Origin: Bdellovibrio sp.
Lineage (GTDB): Bacteria > Bdellovibrionota > Bdellovibrionia > Bdellovibrionales > Bdellovibrionaceae
Direction: 5' to 3'
DNA: 64,000 nucleotides
NCBI GenBank assembly: GCA_036676395.1
Contig: JAKFCY010000002.1
Location: 1,216,001-1,280,000, forward strand
The notes below the pieces were generated by a model that ran no database searches, was not told where the DNA came from, and was given only the letters and a program-made list of their open reading frames with translations. The translations under genes and the position numbers were made by a program. Shown here piece by piece: positions 10,723-21,865 of the stretch (position 1 is the first letter of the stretch; every line of letters starts with the position of its first letter).

Positions 10723-11949
10723 TTAGCCCTTTAACATTTTCAGGGTGATTTCTTTGCCAAGAGTTACACCAGGCTGATCAAAAGCGTTGATATTTTCATG
10801 TTCGCCAAGAGTCGCAACAACAAGCTGAAAAAACATAAATAAATAACCTAATGATTTAGCTTTGTTCGAATCATCGACTGTGAAAAATTCGCACGATACG
10901 CCGTTTTGTTTTAGTGCTTCGTAAGTAGCTTTTGATTGGCAGGCAATCAGTTCGCCGTAATTGCGACCTTGCATAAATTTGATTTCGTCAAAAAGAACAC
11001 TTGGAACGGTTACTCCAGAATTTTCAACAGAGTTAAAATTAAAAAAGCAGACGAATTTATTTTTTGGTCCATGTGCTACTTGTTGTAAAATTGAGTGTTG
11101 ATCGCAAGAGCCGATGGCGATCATTGGCGTACTAAAACCAGGTGCTGGTTTTCCATTACGATCAGTTTTTTTACCAAGTGATTCAGCCCAAAGTTGTTGT
11201 AACCAGCTGCCGAACCAACGAAAACTAGAATTGTAAAACCAAAATAGCGTGATATTTTCATCACGTTTAAATGAGTTTAAAAATGAATCGCAAATAGAAG
11301 CAATTTTAAACTTTTCTTCTAAAGCAGCTGCTGCGCCGGCTTGCATCGCTTTAGAGTCTAAGCCGCAAATTTCGGCGATCACCAAGCCAACCGGCGATAG
11401 CACTGAAAAGCGGCCACCAATATCTATAGGAACTTCAAGTAATGGGCGATTGTGCATACGGGCAAAGTTAGCCAATGGGTTTGGGGTTAATTCGCTGATA
11501 AAGTAACTTTGCTGAATGATGTCACACTTCAGCGCTTTTGCTAGATTTTCTAGCTGTGAATAGTTCCATAGAATCTCAATGGTAGAGCCAGATTTTGAAA
11601 TACAGATAAATGCAGTTTTTGATAAATGTGATTTAACGCTGTTCCAAATGGTCGTAAATTCTGCAGAGTCGACATTATCTAAAAAATGCACATTCGTTTT
11701 GCCACTTAGCTCAGTGATGCAGCGTGCGCCCATAGAGCTGCCGCCAATGCCGATAAGAACAAAGTGCGTGTATTTAGCAACTAGTTCAGCGCCTAAGGCC
11801 TTAGAGCTGTTATGATAAACATCAGATGTTGCCAAGCGAGTAAACGCTAAATTTGGCCATATTTGGTCAATTTTGTCAGTGATAGAACGGTTAACAATTT
11901 CTGAATTAGAAGTCGAATTGTCATTGAATTTTAAAATGCTGGAAATCAT
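10723..11949 (-). CDS. pgi: Glucose-6-phosphate isomerase
   Basis: GIGGSSMG, ISKSGSTIE, IGGRFSVLS, QLWAESLGK, DQHS and NAFDQPGV. Confidence 0.9.
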   Translation of the reverse strand: MISSILKFNDNSTSNSEIVNRSITDKIDQIWPNLAFTRLATSDVYHNSSKALGAELVAKYTHFVLIGIGGSSMGARCITELSGKTNVHFLDNVDSAEFTTIWNSVKSHLSKTAFICISKSGSTIEILWNYSQLENLAKALKCDIIQQSYFISELTPNPLANFARMHNRPLLEVPIDIGGRFSVLSPVGLVIAEICGLDSKAMQAGAAAALEEKFKIASICDSFLNSFKRDENITLFWFYNSSFRWFGSWLQQLWAESLGKKTDRNGKPAPGFSTPMIAIGSCDQHSILQQVAHGPKNKFVCFFNFNSVENSGVTVPSVLFDEIKFMQGRNYGELIACQSKATYEALKQNGVSCEFFTVDDSNKAKSLGYLFMFFQLVVATLGEHENINAFDQPGVTLGKEITLKMLKG

Positions 11950-12054
11950 ATGCCATCAGACTAGCAACTTAAAAAAAATGACGCAAGTAAGATAATAAGT
12001 TGATAAAAATGTAATTTAATTTATTATTTTGTCTTCGATAGAATCGAGGTTGTT

Positions 12055-13155
12055 GTGAATAAATCAAATGCCAAAAAAGTTGCATTAATCACTGGAGTTA
12101 CTGGGCAGGATGGGGCTTACCTTTCTGAGCTGTTGTTGTCTAAAAATTATGAAGTTCATGGTATCAAAAGAAGAACGTCTTTGTTTAATACAGACCGTAT
12201 TGATCATCTTTTTGAAAAATCGAACACGGCAGGAATGCCATTTCACCTGCATCACGGCGACATGACTGATTCGTCATCGTTATTGCGCATTATTCAATTA
12301 GTGCAACCTGATGAAATTTACAATTTAGCAGCGCAAAGTCACGTGGCCGTATCTTTTGAAGAACCTGAATACACAGCAAATTCTGATGCTTTGGGCGCAC
12401 TTCGTATTTTAGAAGCTATTCGTATTTTGGGTTTAACTAAAAAAACAAAATTTTACCAAGCTTCAACTTCTGAGTTGTACGGCTTAGTGCAAGAAATTCC
12501 ACAAAAAGAAACTACGCCTTTTTACCCACGGTCTCCGTATGCGGTTGCAAAAATGTATGCCTACTGGATTACGATCAATTACCGTGAAGCTTACGGAATT
12601 TACGGCTGTAACGGTATTCTATTCAATCATGAAAGCCCACTGCGCGGTGAAACTTTCGTGACTCGTAAAATCACGCGTGCATTAGCGCGCATTAAATTAG
12701 GTACCCAAGAGATTTTAACTTTAGGAAACATGGATTCATTACGTGACTGGGGCCATGCAAAAGATTACGTCGAAATGATGTGGTTAATGTTACAACAAGA
12801 TACTCCTGAAGATTTCGTCATCGCAACAGGTCAGCAACAAAGCGTACGTGAGTTCGTGAATTTAGCTGCCCTTGAATTAGGTATCAAAATCAGATGGGAA
12901 GGTTCTGGTGTTGACGAAAAAGGCTACGATGTAGCTACTGGTCGTTGCATTGTGGCTGTTGATAGTAAGTACTTTCGCCCAACTGAAGTTGAAACTTTAT
13001 TAGGTGATGCGACTAAAGCGCGTACCAAATTAAAATGGACACCTAAAATCACTTTTGCTGAGCTAGTTAAAGAAATGGTTAAGTCTGACATGATCGTTGC
13101 TGAAAACGAAGTGAAGCACGGAACTCTTAAAAAAATCATGAGAGTTGAGTTGTAA
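12055..13155 (+). CDS. gmd: GDP-mannose 4,6-dehydratase
   Basis: [39 protein letters not shown] and LFNHESP. Confidence 0.96.
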   Translation: MNKSNAKKVALITGVTGQDGAYLSELLLSKNYEVHGIKRRTSLFNTDRIDHLFEKSNTAGMPFHLHHGDMTDSSSLLRIIQLVQPDEIYNLAAQSHVAVSFEEPEYTANSDALGALRILEAIRILGLTKKTKFYQASTSELYGLVQEIPQKETTPFYPRSPYAVAKMYAYWITINYREAYGIYGCNGILFNHESPLRGETFVTRKITRALARIKLGTQEILTLGNMDSLRDWGHAKDYVEMMWLMLQQDTPEDFVIATGQQQSVREFVNLAALELGIKIRWEGSGVDEKGYDVATGRCIVAVDSKYFRPTEVETLLGDATKARTKLKWTPKITFAELVKEMVKSDMIVAENEVKHGTLKKIMRVEL

Positions 13156-13158
13156 GTT

Positions 13159-14082
13159 ATGAAAATATTGATCACCGGATCTGGTGGTATGGTTGGTCAA
13201 AATTTAGCGTTTCATAGCGGTTTAAGATCGCATGAGCTTCTTACTCCAAAACGTGGCGAACTAGATCTAAAAAATTATGCTGATGTTGCTCATTATCTAA
13301 AAAAAAATCAGCCTGAAATGATTATTCATACGGCGGGTCGTGTTGGTGGTATTCAAGCCAACGTGGCTCACCCGGTAGATTTTTTAATTGAAAATATCGA
13401 TATCAATCGCAATGTTATTTTAGCAGCACAAAAAGCTGAGGTAAAAAAATTGATTAATTTGGGTAGCTCTTGCATGTACCCAAGAAATGCCCACAATCCG
13501 CTGACAGAAGATCTGATTTTAAAGGGTGAACTAGAACCTACCAACGAAGGTTATGCTTTAGCAAAAATCTTTTCGCAAAGATTATGTCAGTACATTCAAA
13601 AAGAACATCCAGAATTTAAATATAAAACTTTAGTGCCTTGTAATTTGTACGGCGAATACGATAAATTTAGTCCCGAGCATTCGCATTTAATTCCGGCAGT
13701 GATTCGTAAACTTCATCTTGCAAAAGAAAATTCAACTTCTGAAGTTGATATTTGGGGCGACGGAACTGCACGCCGCGAATTTATGTATGTCGGAGACCTT
13801 GCTGATTGTATTTGGCAAGCGGTGAACAAATTTGATTCAATGCCAGATTTAATGAACGTCGGCCTTGGTTTTGATTATTCAGTGAATGAGTATTACGAAG
13901 CCGCAAGTAAAGTGATCGGCTATCAAGGCAAATTTGTTCATGATTTAACTAAACCTGTTGGTATGAAGCAAAAATTAGTTTGTACCGCGCGCGCGACTGA
14001 ATGGGGCTGGAAGGCAAGTCATTCGTTACAACAGGGTTTAGAAAAAACTTATAAACATTTTTTAACTTTAACGAATAAATAA
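13159..14082 (+). CDS. fcl: GDP-L-fucose/GDP-L-colitose synthase family epimerase-reductase (Fcl/ColC)
   Basis: GRVGGIQAN, LGSSCMYP, LEPTNEGYALAK, NLYG and WGDGTARREF. Confidence 0.9.
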   Translation: MKILITGSGGMVGQNLAFHSGLRSHELLTPKRGELDLKNYADVAHYLKKNQPEMIIHTAGRVGGIQANVAHPVDFLIENIDINRNVILAAQKAEVKKLINLGSSCMYPRNAHNPLTEDLILKGELEPTNEGYALAKIFSQRLCQYIQKEHPEFKYKTLVPCNLYGEYDKFSPEHSHLIPAVIRKLHLAKENSTSEVDIWGDGTARREFMYVGDLADCIWQAVNKFDSMPDLMNVGLGFDYSVNEYYEAASKVIGYQGKFVHDLTKPVGMKQKLVCTARATEWGWKASHSLQQGLEKTYKHFLTLTNK

Positions 14083-14094
14083 TAAAGGATTGTT

Positions 14095-15255
14095 ATGAAT
14101 TTTTATCCTCTAGCATCTACAACTTGGGATCAGGCTGAACTAGATGCCATTCAAAGCGTAATTTCTAAAGGTATGTACAGCATGAGTACTGCTGTAGCTC
14201 AATGTGAAAAAGATTTCGCAGCTTATGCTAAATCAAAATATTGTGTGATGGTAAGTTCTGGTTCAACAGCGAACCTAATTATGGTTGCCTCTTTATTTTA
14301 CCGTAAAAATAATCCATTAAAACGCGGTGATGAAGTTATCGTGCCGGCAGTTTCTTGGAGTACGACATATTATCCACTGTATCAGTACGGATTAAAATTA
14401 AAATTCGTAGACATCGATCTAGAGACTTTAAACTTTGATCTTAAGGCCTTAGAAGGCGCGATCACTGATAAAACTCGTTTGATCATGGCTGTTAATCTTT
14501 TGGGAAATCCAAATGATTTCGCGCAGATCGAAAAACTAACTCAAGGTAAAAATATTGAATTAATCGAAGACAACTGTGAATCGATGGGCGCAACATTCAA
14601 TGGTAAACAGGCGGGCACTTTCGGTTCTATGGGAACATTCAGTTGTTTCTTCAGTCACCACATCTCAACGATGGAAGGTGGCTTTGTGGTTACTGACGAT
14701 GAAGAGCTTTACCATATTTTATTATGTTTACGCGCGCATGGCTGGACTCGTAATTTACCTAAAGAAAATCATGTGACCGGAACTAAGAGTGATAACGCAT
14801 TTGTTGAATCGTTTAAATTCGTATTACCTGGATACAATGTTCGCCCATTAGAGATGAGTGGCGCCATTGGTAGCCAACAAATTAAAAAATTACCTAATTT
14901 TATTAATGTTCGTCGTGATAATGCCAAGTATTTTCAAGAGCAGTTTGCTAATCACCCAGACTTTATTATTCAAAAAGAAGTGGGCGAAAGTAGCTGGTTT
15001 GGCTTTAGCTTTGTTATTCGTCCAGGTTCAAAAATTAACCGTCTTGAATTTATCGATCATTTAACTAAAAACGGTGTTGAATGTCGTCCGATCGTGACTG
15101 GCAACTTTGCTAAAAATGATGTTTTAAAATGGTTTGATTATGAAATTCATGGTGAACTGAAAAATGCTGATCGTATTGATGAGCATGGGTTCTTTGTTGG
15201 AAATCATCAAAATCCAATGCGTGAGCAAATTAAGCAGCTTAGAAACTTGTTTTAA
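14095..15255 (+). CDS. colD: GDP-4-keto-6-deoxymannose 3-dehydratase (ColD-type)
   Basis: DegT fold with FFSHHISTMEGG (His in place of the PLP Lys), IEDNCES, RAHGWTR and PGYNVRP; follows gmd-fcl. Confidence 0.85.
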   Translation: MNFYPLASTTWDQAELDAIQSVISKGMYSMSTAVAQCEKDFAAYAKSKYCVMVSSGSTANLIMVASLFYRKNNPLKRGDEVIVPAVSWSTTYYPLYQYGLKLKFVDIDLETLNFDLKALEGAITDKTRLIMAVNLLGNPNDFAQIEKLTQGKNIELIEDNCESMGATFNGKQAGTFGSMGTFSCFFSHHISTMEGGFVVTDDEELYHILLCLRAHGWTRNLPKENHVTGTKSDNAFVESFKFVLPGYNVRPLEMSGAIGSQQIKKLPNFINVRRDNAKYFQEQFANHPDFIIQKEVGESSWFGFSFVIRPGSKINRLEFIDHLTKNGVECRPIVTGNFAKNDVLKWFDYEIHGELKNADRIDEHGFFVGNHQNPMREQIKQLRNLF

Positions 15256-16241
15256 TGAAAATACTTTTTGTCGATCTTAAATACGATTATGGTAACCCAA
15301 GACGTGGTATGAATCTTATTGGTGAGATCGGCTATCATCAAGTTTTTAAATCTTTAGGTCATGAAGTAGTGCCTTTTTATTATGACGAATACTTAGGTCA
15401 GGCGCATTTGAAAGCGAAGCTACAAACAGACTTATTAGAATTTGCTGAAGAGCAAAAGCCAGACCTTGTTTATTTTATTTTATTTCAAAATCAGTTTGAA
15501 TTTTCGACTTTAAAAAAACTGAAAGAAAAATACACCACCATGAATTGGTTCGGTGATGATCAATGGCGCTTTGAGATTTTTACGAAAAAATATGCGCCGT
15601 ATTTTACTTTAAATATCACAACTGATTATTTTGCGCTTCCTAAATACAAGGCTTTGGGCTTGCCAGTGGTCTATAGCCAATGGGCAGCATTTAACTATCC
15701 TGTCGAGTACTCAGATCTTGTAGATTATAAATACGATGTCAGTTTTATTGGGGCTAACAATTCTGTGCGCACCTGGATGATTGCTGAATTTAAAAAAGCC
15801 GGCATCAATGTAAATTGTTTTGGCTTTAATTGGCCTCAAGGCTCAGTAAGTCTTGATCAGATGGTTGAAATTTTTAAAACCAGCAAGGTAAATTTAAATT
15901 TATCTAATAGTATGACCTACGATTTGCGCTATTTAACCCATAGCTGGAAAAACCCACTTATCGCCCTTCGTAGTCCAAAAACTGCAAGTCAAATGAAAGC
16001 CCGTAATTTTGAAATTCCTTATTATGGTGGATTTCAGCTGACTGACTATGTGCCGACGTTAGAACATTATTTTCATATTGGCGAAGAAGCCATTTGCTAT
16101 TCGACCTTAAAAGAAGCGATTGATTTAACTAAGTTTTATCTGCAAAACGACGACTTGCGCGAGGCCGTTCGTAAGAAAAGCCATCTTCGTGCCGTCAATG
16201 AGCATACATATCGGCATAGACATGAAAAAATTCTTAAGTAA
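15255..16241 (+). CDS. CgeB-like glycosyltransferase (GT-B)
   Basis: NWFGDD, YDVSFIG, KARNFEIP, GGFQLT and EHTYRHR. Confidence 0.75.
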   Translation: MKILFVDLKYDYGNPRRGMNLIGEIGYHQVFKSLGHEVVPFYYDEYLGQAHLKAKLQTDLLEFAEEQKPDLVYFILFQNQFEFSTLKKLKEKYTTMNWFGDDQWRFEIFTKKYAPYFTLNITTDYFALPKYKALGLPVVYSQWAAFNYPVEYSDLVDYKYDVSFIGANNSVRTWMIAEFKKAGINVNCFGFNWPQGSVSLDQMVEIFKTSKVNLNLSNSMTYDLRYLTHSWKNPLIALRSPKTASQMKARNFEIPYYGGFQLTDYVPTLEHYFHIGEEAICYSTLKEAIDLTKFYLQNDDLREAVRKKSHLRAVNEHTYRHRHEKILK

Positions 16242-17670
16242 AAATTCAGATTTTATTGTTTTATCACTTGGACGTCTACTGCAAGCGGTAGGTGCGGTTA
16301 TCAGCATCAGATTTATGACTGAAGTATTGCCACCAGAGCAGATCGGTCTGCAGTACGTGATTTATGCGGCGATCTTATGGTTTAGCTTAGTGCTGGTTAA
16401 TCCATTTGGCATGTTTATTAATCGCTATCTTTATGAATGGAAAGAAAAAGGTGAATTAGTCACTCACTTAAAAAAAATAAATTATTATTTTTTAGGCGTA
16501 GCCAGCTTGAGTGTGCTTCTTTTTATGTTGAATCGCCAGTTTGCAGTATTAACTATTAACGCTGAAATTCAGAGTTTGAATTTTATAGTTTATGCGTTTG
16601 TATATTTATATTTAAGTACTTGGTATCAAACACTGACTTCATTTTTTAATATCTTCAAAATGCAAAAAGTTTTTGTTTTTTTGACGAACTTATCTCAATA
16701 CCTGGGTTTATTAATCGCTGTTTCATTAGTAACTACAGTCGCGGCATCGGCTCATATGTGGTTGTATGGATTGCTTTCTGGGCAAATTCTATCACTTTGT
16801 TTAGGGCTTTATTTGTTTAATAAATATGTTATTAAGGATTTGCCAGCGCGTGATGTATCTATTGAGACTAAAAGTATTTTTAATCATAAAACATTTCAGT
16901 TTTGTTATCCGGTGGCGATCACCACATTTTCTATTTGGTTTTTAGCTCAGGGGTATCGTTTTATTATTGAAGCCTTTGGTGGGCTTAGTTTGTTGGCTTC
17001 GTTAGGTATCGGGCTTGGTTTGGCGCTAAACTGCGCCGGGGTTGTAGAGGCTATTGTCAGTCAATTTTTATACCCTACTTACTATTCTAGTTTAAAGGTG
17101 GATGATCCGCAGTCCGGCCGTCAGGCTTGGCTTGAATTATGGCAGAAAAGTACAAGTGTTTATATTCCGTTGATCTTTTTTTGTGTCGGGAATGTTTTTT
17201 TAATACTTAGAATTTTAGTTTCTGAAAGCTTCTTATCTATTGAAAATTTCGTGATTTTTGGTTTTTGCGTTGAGCTATTGCGATTGATGTCTAATGTGCT
17301 TTACATATCTTTGCATGGCGAATTGAAAACTAAAATGAGTATTCTACCTTATGGAGCTGCGGCTATATTTTTACTGATTAGTTTACAGCTAAGTCATCGT
17401 TTTTCGTATTTTTCGGTTCAGGCTGTGCTAGCGCTTTTAATTATGGCGCAAGGGTTGGTGCTGTTTTTAATGTTTAGAAATGCGGTTAAGACTTTGCAGT
17501 ATAAAATTCCGCTGAGCCCGTTGTTTAGTCTTGTGGTTAAATCTTTACCGCTGCTTGCGGCAGTTTTTGTTTTTCACCAGACTACACCGCTTTGGATGTT
17601 GCTTGCGTATGCGTGTGTGTCTGGTGCGTATCTTTTGTTTTTATTGCGACGTTTTAATAACTTGTTCTAG
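16222..17670 (+). CDS. wzx: Wzx-type oligosaccharide flippase
   Basis: 12-14 hydrophobic segments and an N-terminal RFMTEVLPPEQIG pattern typical of Wzx; ATG at 16222. Confidence 0.7.
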   Translation: MKKFLSKNSDFIVLSLGRLLQAVGAVISIRFMTEVLPPEQIGLQYVIYAAILWFSLVLVNPFGMFINRYLYEWKEKGELVTHLKKINYYFLGVASLSVLLFMLNRQFAVLTINAEIQSLNFIVYAFVYLYLSTWYQTLTSFFNIFKMQKVFVFLTNLSQYLGLLIAVSLVTTVAASAHMWLYGLLSGQILSLCLGLYLFNKYVIKDLPARDVSIETKSIFNHKTFQFCYPVAITTFSIWFLAQGYRFIIEAFGGLSLLASLGIGLGLALNCAGVVEAIVSQFLYPTYYSSLKVDDPQSGRQAWLELWQKSTSVYIPLIFFCVGNVFLILRILVSESFLSIENFVIFGFCVELLRLMSNVLYISLHGELKTKMSILPYGAAAIFLLISLQLSHRFSYFSVQAVLALLIMAQGLVLFLMFRNAVKTLQYKIPLSPLFSLVVKSLPLLAAVFVFHQTTPLWMLLAYACVSGAYLLFLLRRFNNLF

Positions 17671-18975
17671 TTGCTCTAGCATGTAATTCATTTTTTGTTC
17701 GTTTAAAGCTGGGTGTACGCCAATCCAAAAAAGTTTGTTCATGACTAAATTTGTCGTATCAAGATCGCCATGTACGCGGTAATTTACATTCTTGTAAGCC
17801 GGTTGTTTAATTAGGTTTCCAGCGAAAAACAAACGTGTGCCGATTTTAGCATTTTCAAGATTTGAAACAATTTTTTCGCGATTTAGATTTTCCATACAGT
17901 ACATCGGAAAACCAAACCAGCTTGGGTTAGTGTTTTCTGTTGCTACCACGGGATTAAAATGTTTTGCAAGTATTGGTGATTGTTTAATGCCGTTGTAAAG
18001 GTATTGCCAGTTAGCGCGGCGTTTTTCAATAAAGCCATCTACTTTTTTAAGTTGCGAAATACCAAGGGCTGCTTGCATGTCTGTAACTTTTAAATTGTAA
18101 CCAACATGTGAGTATATGTATTTGTGATCATAACCTTCAGGTAAATCACCTAACTTTTGGCAAAAGCGTTTACCGCAAGTGTTGTCTTTTCCAGGTTCGC
18201 ACCAACAGTCACGGCCCCAGTCACGGTAACTTTCGGCAATTTTTTTAAGACGACCTTCTTTGGAAATAACGGCGCCGCCTTCGCCCATAGTGATGTGATG
18301 GGCGGGGTAAAAACTAGTTGTCGCGTATTCGCCAAAGCTGCCTACAGATTGATTGTTGATCGTCGCGCCTAAGGCATCACAGCAGTCCTCAATTAAAAAT
18401 AAATTTTCTTTTTTGCACCAGTCAGCGATTAAGTCTGCGCGATAAGGGTTACCTAAGCTATGAGCTAAAACGACAGCTCTAGTTTTTGCTGTTTTTGCAG
18501 CAAATATTTTTTCAGGCAAGGCGTTTAGAGTGGCGGCGTCAATATCAACAAAAACAGGTACCCAGCCATTCTGCACAATAGGATTTACTGTGGTCGGAAA
18601 TCCAGCGGCGACAGTAATCACTTCATCACCTGGTTTAAGTGGGGTAAGCCCCATCTTAAGTAAATCTGGAGAACCTAAAGAAGAAATAGCCACTAAATTG
18701 GCACTTGAGCCGCTGTTGACTAAAAGTGATTTAGTGGTGCGACCAAACAATTTGCTAAAGTTTGATTCAAACTCACGAGCGTAGCGTCCTGCAGTTAACC
18801 ACATGTCTAAAGAGGCATCGATAAGGTGTCCTAAATCATCAGCATCGACAACTTTAGCTGTGACGGGGATGTAGGTCTTGCCTGGGATAAATTCAGCTGG
18901 TGTATTTGTCGTATTAAAATACGATTTTGCTGAGTTAATGATTTCTAAACGCTGGTTGTTATTTTCAAGATTCAT
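17641..18975 (-). CDS. rfbH: CDP-4-keto-6-deoxyglucose 3-dehydrase E1 (RfbH/DdhC/AscC)
   Basis: WLTAGR, AAGFPTTVNP, SFYPAHHITMGEGG, RDWGRDCWCEPGKDNTC (Fe-S ligands) and GYDHKY. Confidence 0.93.
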   Translation of the reverse strand: MNLENNNQRLEIINSAKSYFNTTNTPAEFIPGKTYIPVTAKVVDADDLGHLIDASLDMWLTAGRYAREFESNFSKLFGRTTKSLLVNSGSSANLVAISSLGSPDLLKMGLTPLKPGDEVITVAAGFPTTVNPIVQNGWVPVFVDIDAATLNALPEKIFAAKTAKTRAVVLAHSLGNPYRADLIADWCKKENLFLIEDCCDALGATINNQSVGSFGEYATTSFYPAHHITMGEGGAVISKEGRLKKIAESYRDWGRDCWCEPGKDNTCGKRFCQKLGDLPEGYDHKYIYSHVGYNLKVTDMQAALGISQLKKVDGFIEKRRANWQYLYNGIKQSPILAKHFNPVVATENTNPSWFGFPMYCMENLNREKIVSNLENAKIGTRLFFAGNLIKQPAYKNVNYRVHGDLDTTNLVMNKLFWIGVHPALNEQKMNYMLEQLEQVIKTSQ

Positions 18976-19027
18976 TGTTTGCCTTTGTCAATTTGCATAT
19001 ACTTAATGGTTACTGGGAGATAGTCAA

Positions 19028-19798
19028 ATGAAAGTCGTTTTGTTGGCCGGCGGGTTAGGAACTAGAATTAGCGAAGAAAGTCATCTGCGTCCTAAGCCTA
19101 TGATTGAAATCGGCGGTAAGCCTATTTTGTGGCATATTATGAAAACTTATTCGCACTATGGATTAAATGATTTTATCGTGTGCTGTGGTTATAAGGGCTA
19201 CGTCATTAAAGAATATTTTGCGAATTATTTTATGCATTTATCTGACGTTACTTTTGATTTAAAAAATAATAAAATGAAAGTTCATAACAGCACTTCAGAA
19301 CCATGGAGTGTAACGTTGGTTGATACTGGCGAAAGTACGATGACCGGTGGTCGTATCAAGCGCGTTAAAGAATATATCGGGAACGAGCCTTTTTGCCTAA
19401 CTTACGGCGACGGCGTGGCTGATATTGATATAGGTAAACTTTTAGAGTTTCATAAATCTCATGGGCGTTTAGCGACGTTGACAGCAACTCAGCCTCCGGG
19501 TCGTTTTGGTGCTTTAAGTATTGATGGCACGCAGATTAATTCTTTCAAAGAAAAACCAGTCGGCGATGGCAATTGGATTAACGGTGGATTTTTTGTATTA
19601 AGTCCAAAAGTTTTAGACTTAATTGGAAATGACGAAACTATTTGGGAAAAAGAACCTCTAGAAAAATTAGCTGAATCAGGTAATTTACAGTCGTACTTTC
19701 ATGATGGTTTTTGGCAGCCAATGGATACGCTTCGTGATAAAAATCATCTTGAACAGCTTTGGTCATCTGGGAAAGCGCCGTGGAAGCAGTGGAAATAA
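19028..19798 (+). CDS. rfbF: Glucose-1-phosphate cytidylyltransferase
   Basis: [31 protein letters not shown] and [12 protein letters not shown]. Confidence 0.96.
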   Translation: MKVVLLAGGLGTRISEESHLRPKPMIEIGGKPILWHIMKTYSHYGLNDFIVCCGYKGYVIKEYFANYFMHLSDVTFDLKNNKMKVHNSTSEPWSVTLVDTGESTMTGGRIKRVKEYIGNEPFCLTYGDGVADIDIGKLLEFHKSHGRLATLTATQPPGRFGALSIDGTQINSFKEKPVGDGNWINGGFFVLSPKVLDLIGNDETIWEKEPLEKLAESGNLQSYFHDGFWQPMDTLRDKNHLEQLWSSGKAPWKQWK

Positions 19799-20850
19799 GC
19801 AAAAATTTTTGGAAAAATAAAAAAATCTTTTTAACAGGACATACGGGCTTTAAGGGTTCGTGGATGTCTTTGTGGTTATTGCAGCTTGATGCAAAAGTTG
19901 TTGGTTATGCTAAAGATATTCCAACGACACCGAGTCTTTTTGAAGAACTGAATCTCGAAAAAGACATGCAATCTATTATAGGCGATGTGCGTAATTTAGA
20001 AAATTTAAAAAAACACATCACTCAGGCGAATCCAGATCTTGTGATTCATATGGCTGCGCAGCCGTTGGTGCGTTATTCTTATCAGCACCCCGTAGAAACA
20101 TACATGACGAATGTCATGGGTACAGTGCATGTGTTAGAAAGCGCTCTAGCTTGTGGTAACACGCGCGGTGTTTTAAATGTCACTAGCGATAAGTGTTACG
20201 AAAATTTCGAAAAGCCAGAAGGCTACAGAGAAGACGAACCCATGGGTGGGTATGATCCTTACAGCAATAGTAAGGGATGTTCTGAATTAGTGACTTCAGC
20301 GTATCGTAAATCATTTTATCAAAATCGCAATTTGGGGTTAGCTAGCGGTCGTGCCGGAAACGTGATTGGTGGCGGTGACTGGGCGCAAGATCGTTTAATT
20401 CCTGATATCGTCAGATCAGTAATGAGCAATACTACATTAGAAATTCGCTATCCTCGCGCAATACGCCCATGGCAGCATGTTTTAGAGCCTCTTTCTGGGT
20501 ATTTGAGTTTAGCTGAAAAACTTTACGGTGATGCTAAAACCTTTTCTAAAGGCTATAATTTCGGACCCCTTCAGCATGATCACTGTGATGTTGAAGCAAT
20601 TATTAAAAAAATGAATGTGTCTTGGCAAGACAAGATCAAATATGAAATTAAAGCTTCAGAAAATAACCCGCATGAAGCCCATTATTTAAAACTAGATTGC
20701 GCGCGCGCGATGAGTGAATTAGGGTGGCGTCCACATTGGAGTGTTGACGAAGCCTTGAAGCAAGTCGTGGATTGGAATATTCATCGTATGAGTGGTGGCA
20801 ATGTTCGTGAATTCACAGCAAAACAGATCAATGAGTATGTTGGTCAATAA
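19789..20850 (+). CDS. rfbG: CDP-glucose 4,6-dehydratase
   Basis: [41 protein letters not shown] and [13 protein letters not shown] at 19789 overlaps the rfbF end. Confidence 0.95.
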   Translation: MEISKNFWKNKKIFLTGHTGFKGSWMSLWLLQLDAKVVGYAKDIPTTPSLFEELNLEKDMQSIIGDVRNLENLKKHITQANPDLVIHMAAQPLVRYSYQHPVETYMTNVMGTVHVLESALACGNTRGVLNVTSDKCYENFEKPEGYREDEPMGGYDPYSNSKGCSELVTSAYRKSFYQNRNLGLASGRAGNVIGGGDWAQDRLIPDIVRSVMSNTTLEIRYPRAIRPWQHVLEPLSGYLSLAEKLYGDAKTFSKGYNFGPLQHDHCDVEAIIKKMNVSWQDKIKYEIKASENNPHEAHYLKLDCARAMSELGWRPHWSVDEALKQVVDWNIHRMSGGNVREFTAKQINEYVGQ

Positions 20851-21865
20851 TAGCTTAAGCTTACCTTTGGATGATTTAAATAGTATCGCTGAGGATTTGC
20901 AGACGGTTTGGCCCAAGAATAAGAATTTTTTTATCACTGGAGGCACAGGCTTTTTTGGTCGCTGGTTTGTTGAAAGTGTTTACCTACTTGAATCCAAGCT
21001 TAAAGCCGGGAATCATTTTTACATTCTATCGCGTAAATCGCGCACGGCTATATTAGAAACTTTGCCAGCATTAGATGCTGATTTTTTTACGTTAGTCCAA
21101 GCCGATATTTCTGCTCTTACAGAAAAAGACTTAAATTTTGATATTGATTTTGTGATTCATGGGGCAACCGATGTGTCTGCTTTTAAAAATCAAACATCGC
21201 CTGAGAAAAAATTTGGAGACGCTACTAAAAATTTTTTACAGTTGTTAAAATCAAAAAAAATCCAGAGATTGCTGTATTTAAGTTCTGGAGCTGTTTATGA
21301 AGGGCTAGAGTCGCCGTTTGCCGAATCGTCAATGACTGAACAGCTCTTGCAATCGCATTCAAATAAAGACTACACCAATGAAAAGCGAGCCTCAGAATTA
21401 GCTGTGAAGCGCAGTGATCTTTCCTATCATATCTTGCGCTGTTTTGCTTTTGTCGGTCCTTATTTAGATGAGTCTATGGCTGTGATGGATATGATTAAAC
21501 ATAAACTTAGGGGTCAGGATATCGTTGTTAAGTCGCCAGAGGCGCAGCGTTCGTATTTGTACCCAATTGATTTAGTGATTCAAGTGTTTAGAGTTTTATA
21601 CTTAGATACTTCTTCGACAATATTTAATTTAGGCTCACCCGAGGCCATTACGTTAGAAAATCTAGCCCAAAAAATTTGTGTTTTACATGGCAAATCGACA
21701 CAAGTGAAAATAGATAAAAATGTTGAAGAAAAAGCTTTGGCTAGTAGTATATATATACCGAATATGGAAAAACTGTACACGCAGTTAGGCCTAACTAAAC
21801 CACGTGTTGATTTACAAACAGCACTTAGTAAAACACTAAAGTTCGCAAAGGAAAAAATGGCATGA
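20831..21865 (+). CDS. NAD-dependent epimerase/dehydratase/reductase (extended SDR)
   Basis: ITGGTGFFG, SSGAVY, YxxxK (YTNEK) and RCFAFVGP. Confidence 0.8.
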   Translation: MSMLVNNSLSLPLDDLNSIAEDLQTVWPKNKNFFITGGTGFFGRWFVESVYLLESKLKAGNHFYILSRKSRTAILETLPALDADFFTLVQADISALTEKDLNFDIDFVIHGATDVSAFKNQTSPEKKFGDATKNFLQLLKSKKIQRLLYLSSGAVYEGLESPFAESSMTEQLLQSHSNKDYTNEKRASELAVKRSDLSYHILRCFAFVGPYLDESMAVMDMIKHKLRGQDIVVKSPEAQRSYLYPIDLVIQVFRVLYLDTSSTIFNLGSPEAITLENLAQKICVLHGKSTQVKIDKNVEEKALASSIYIPNMEKLYTQLGLTKPRVDLQTALSKTLKFAKEKMA

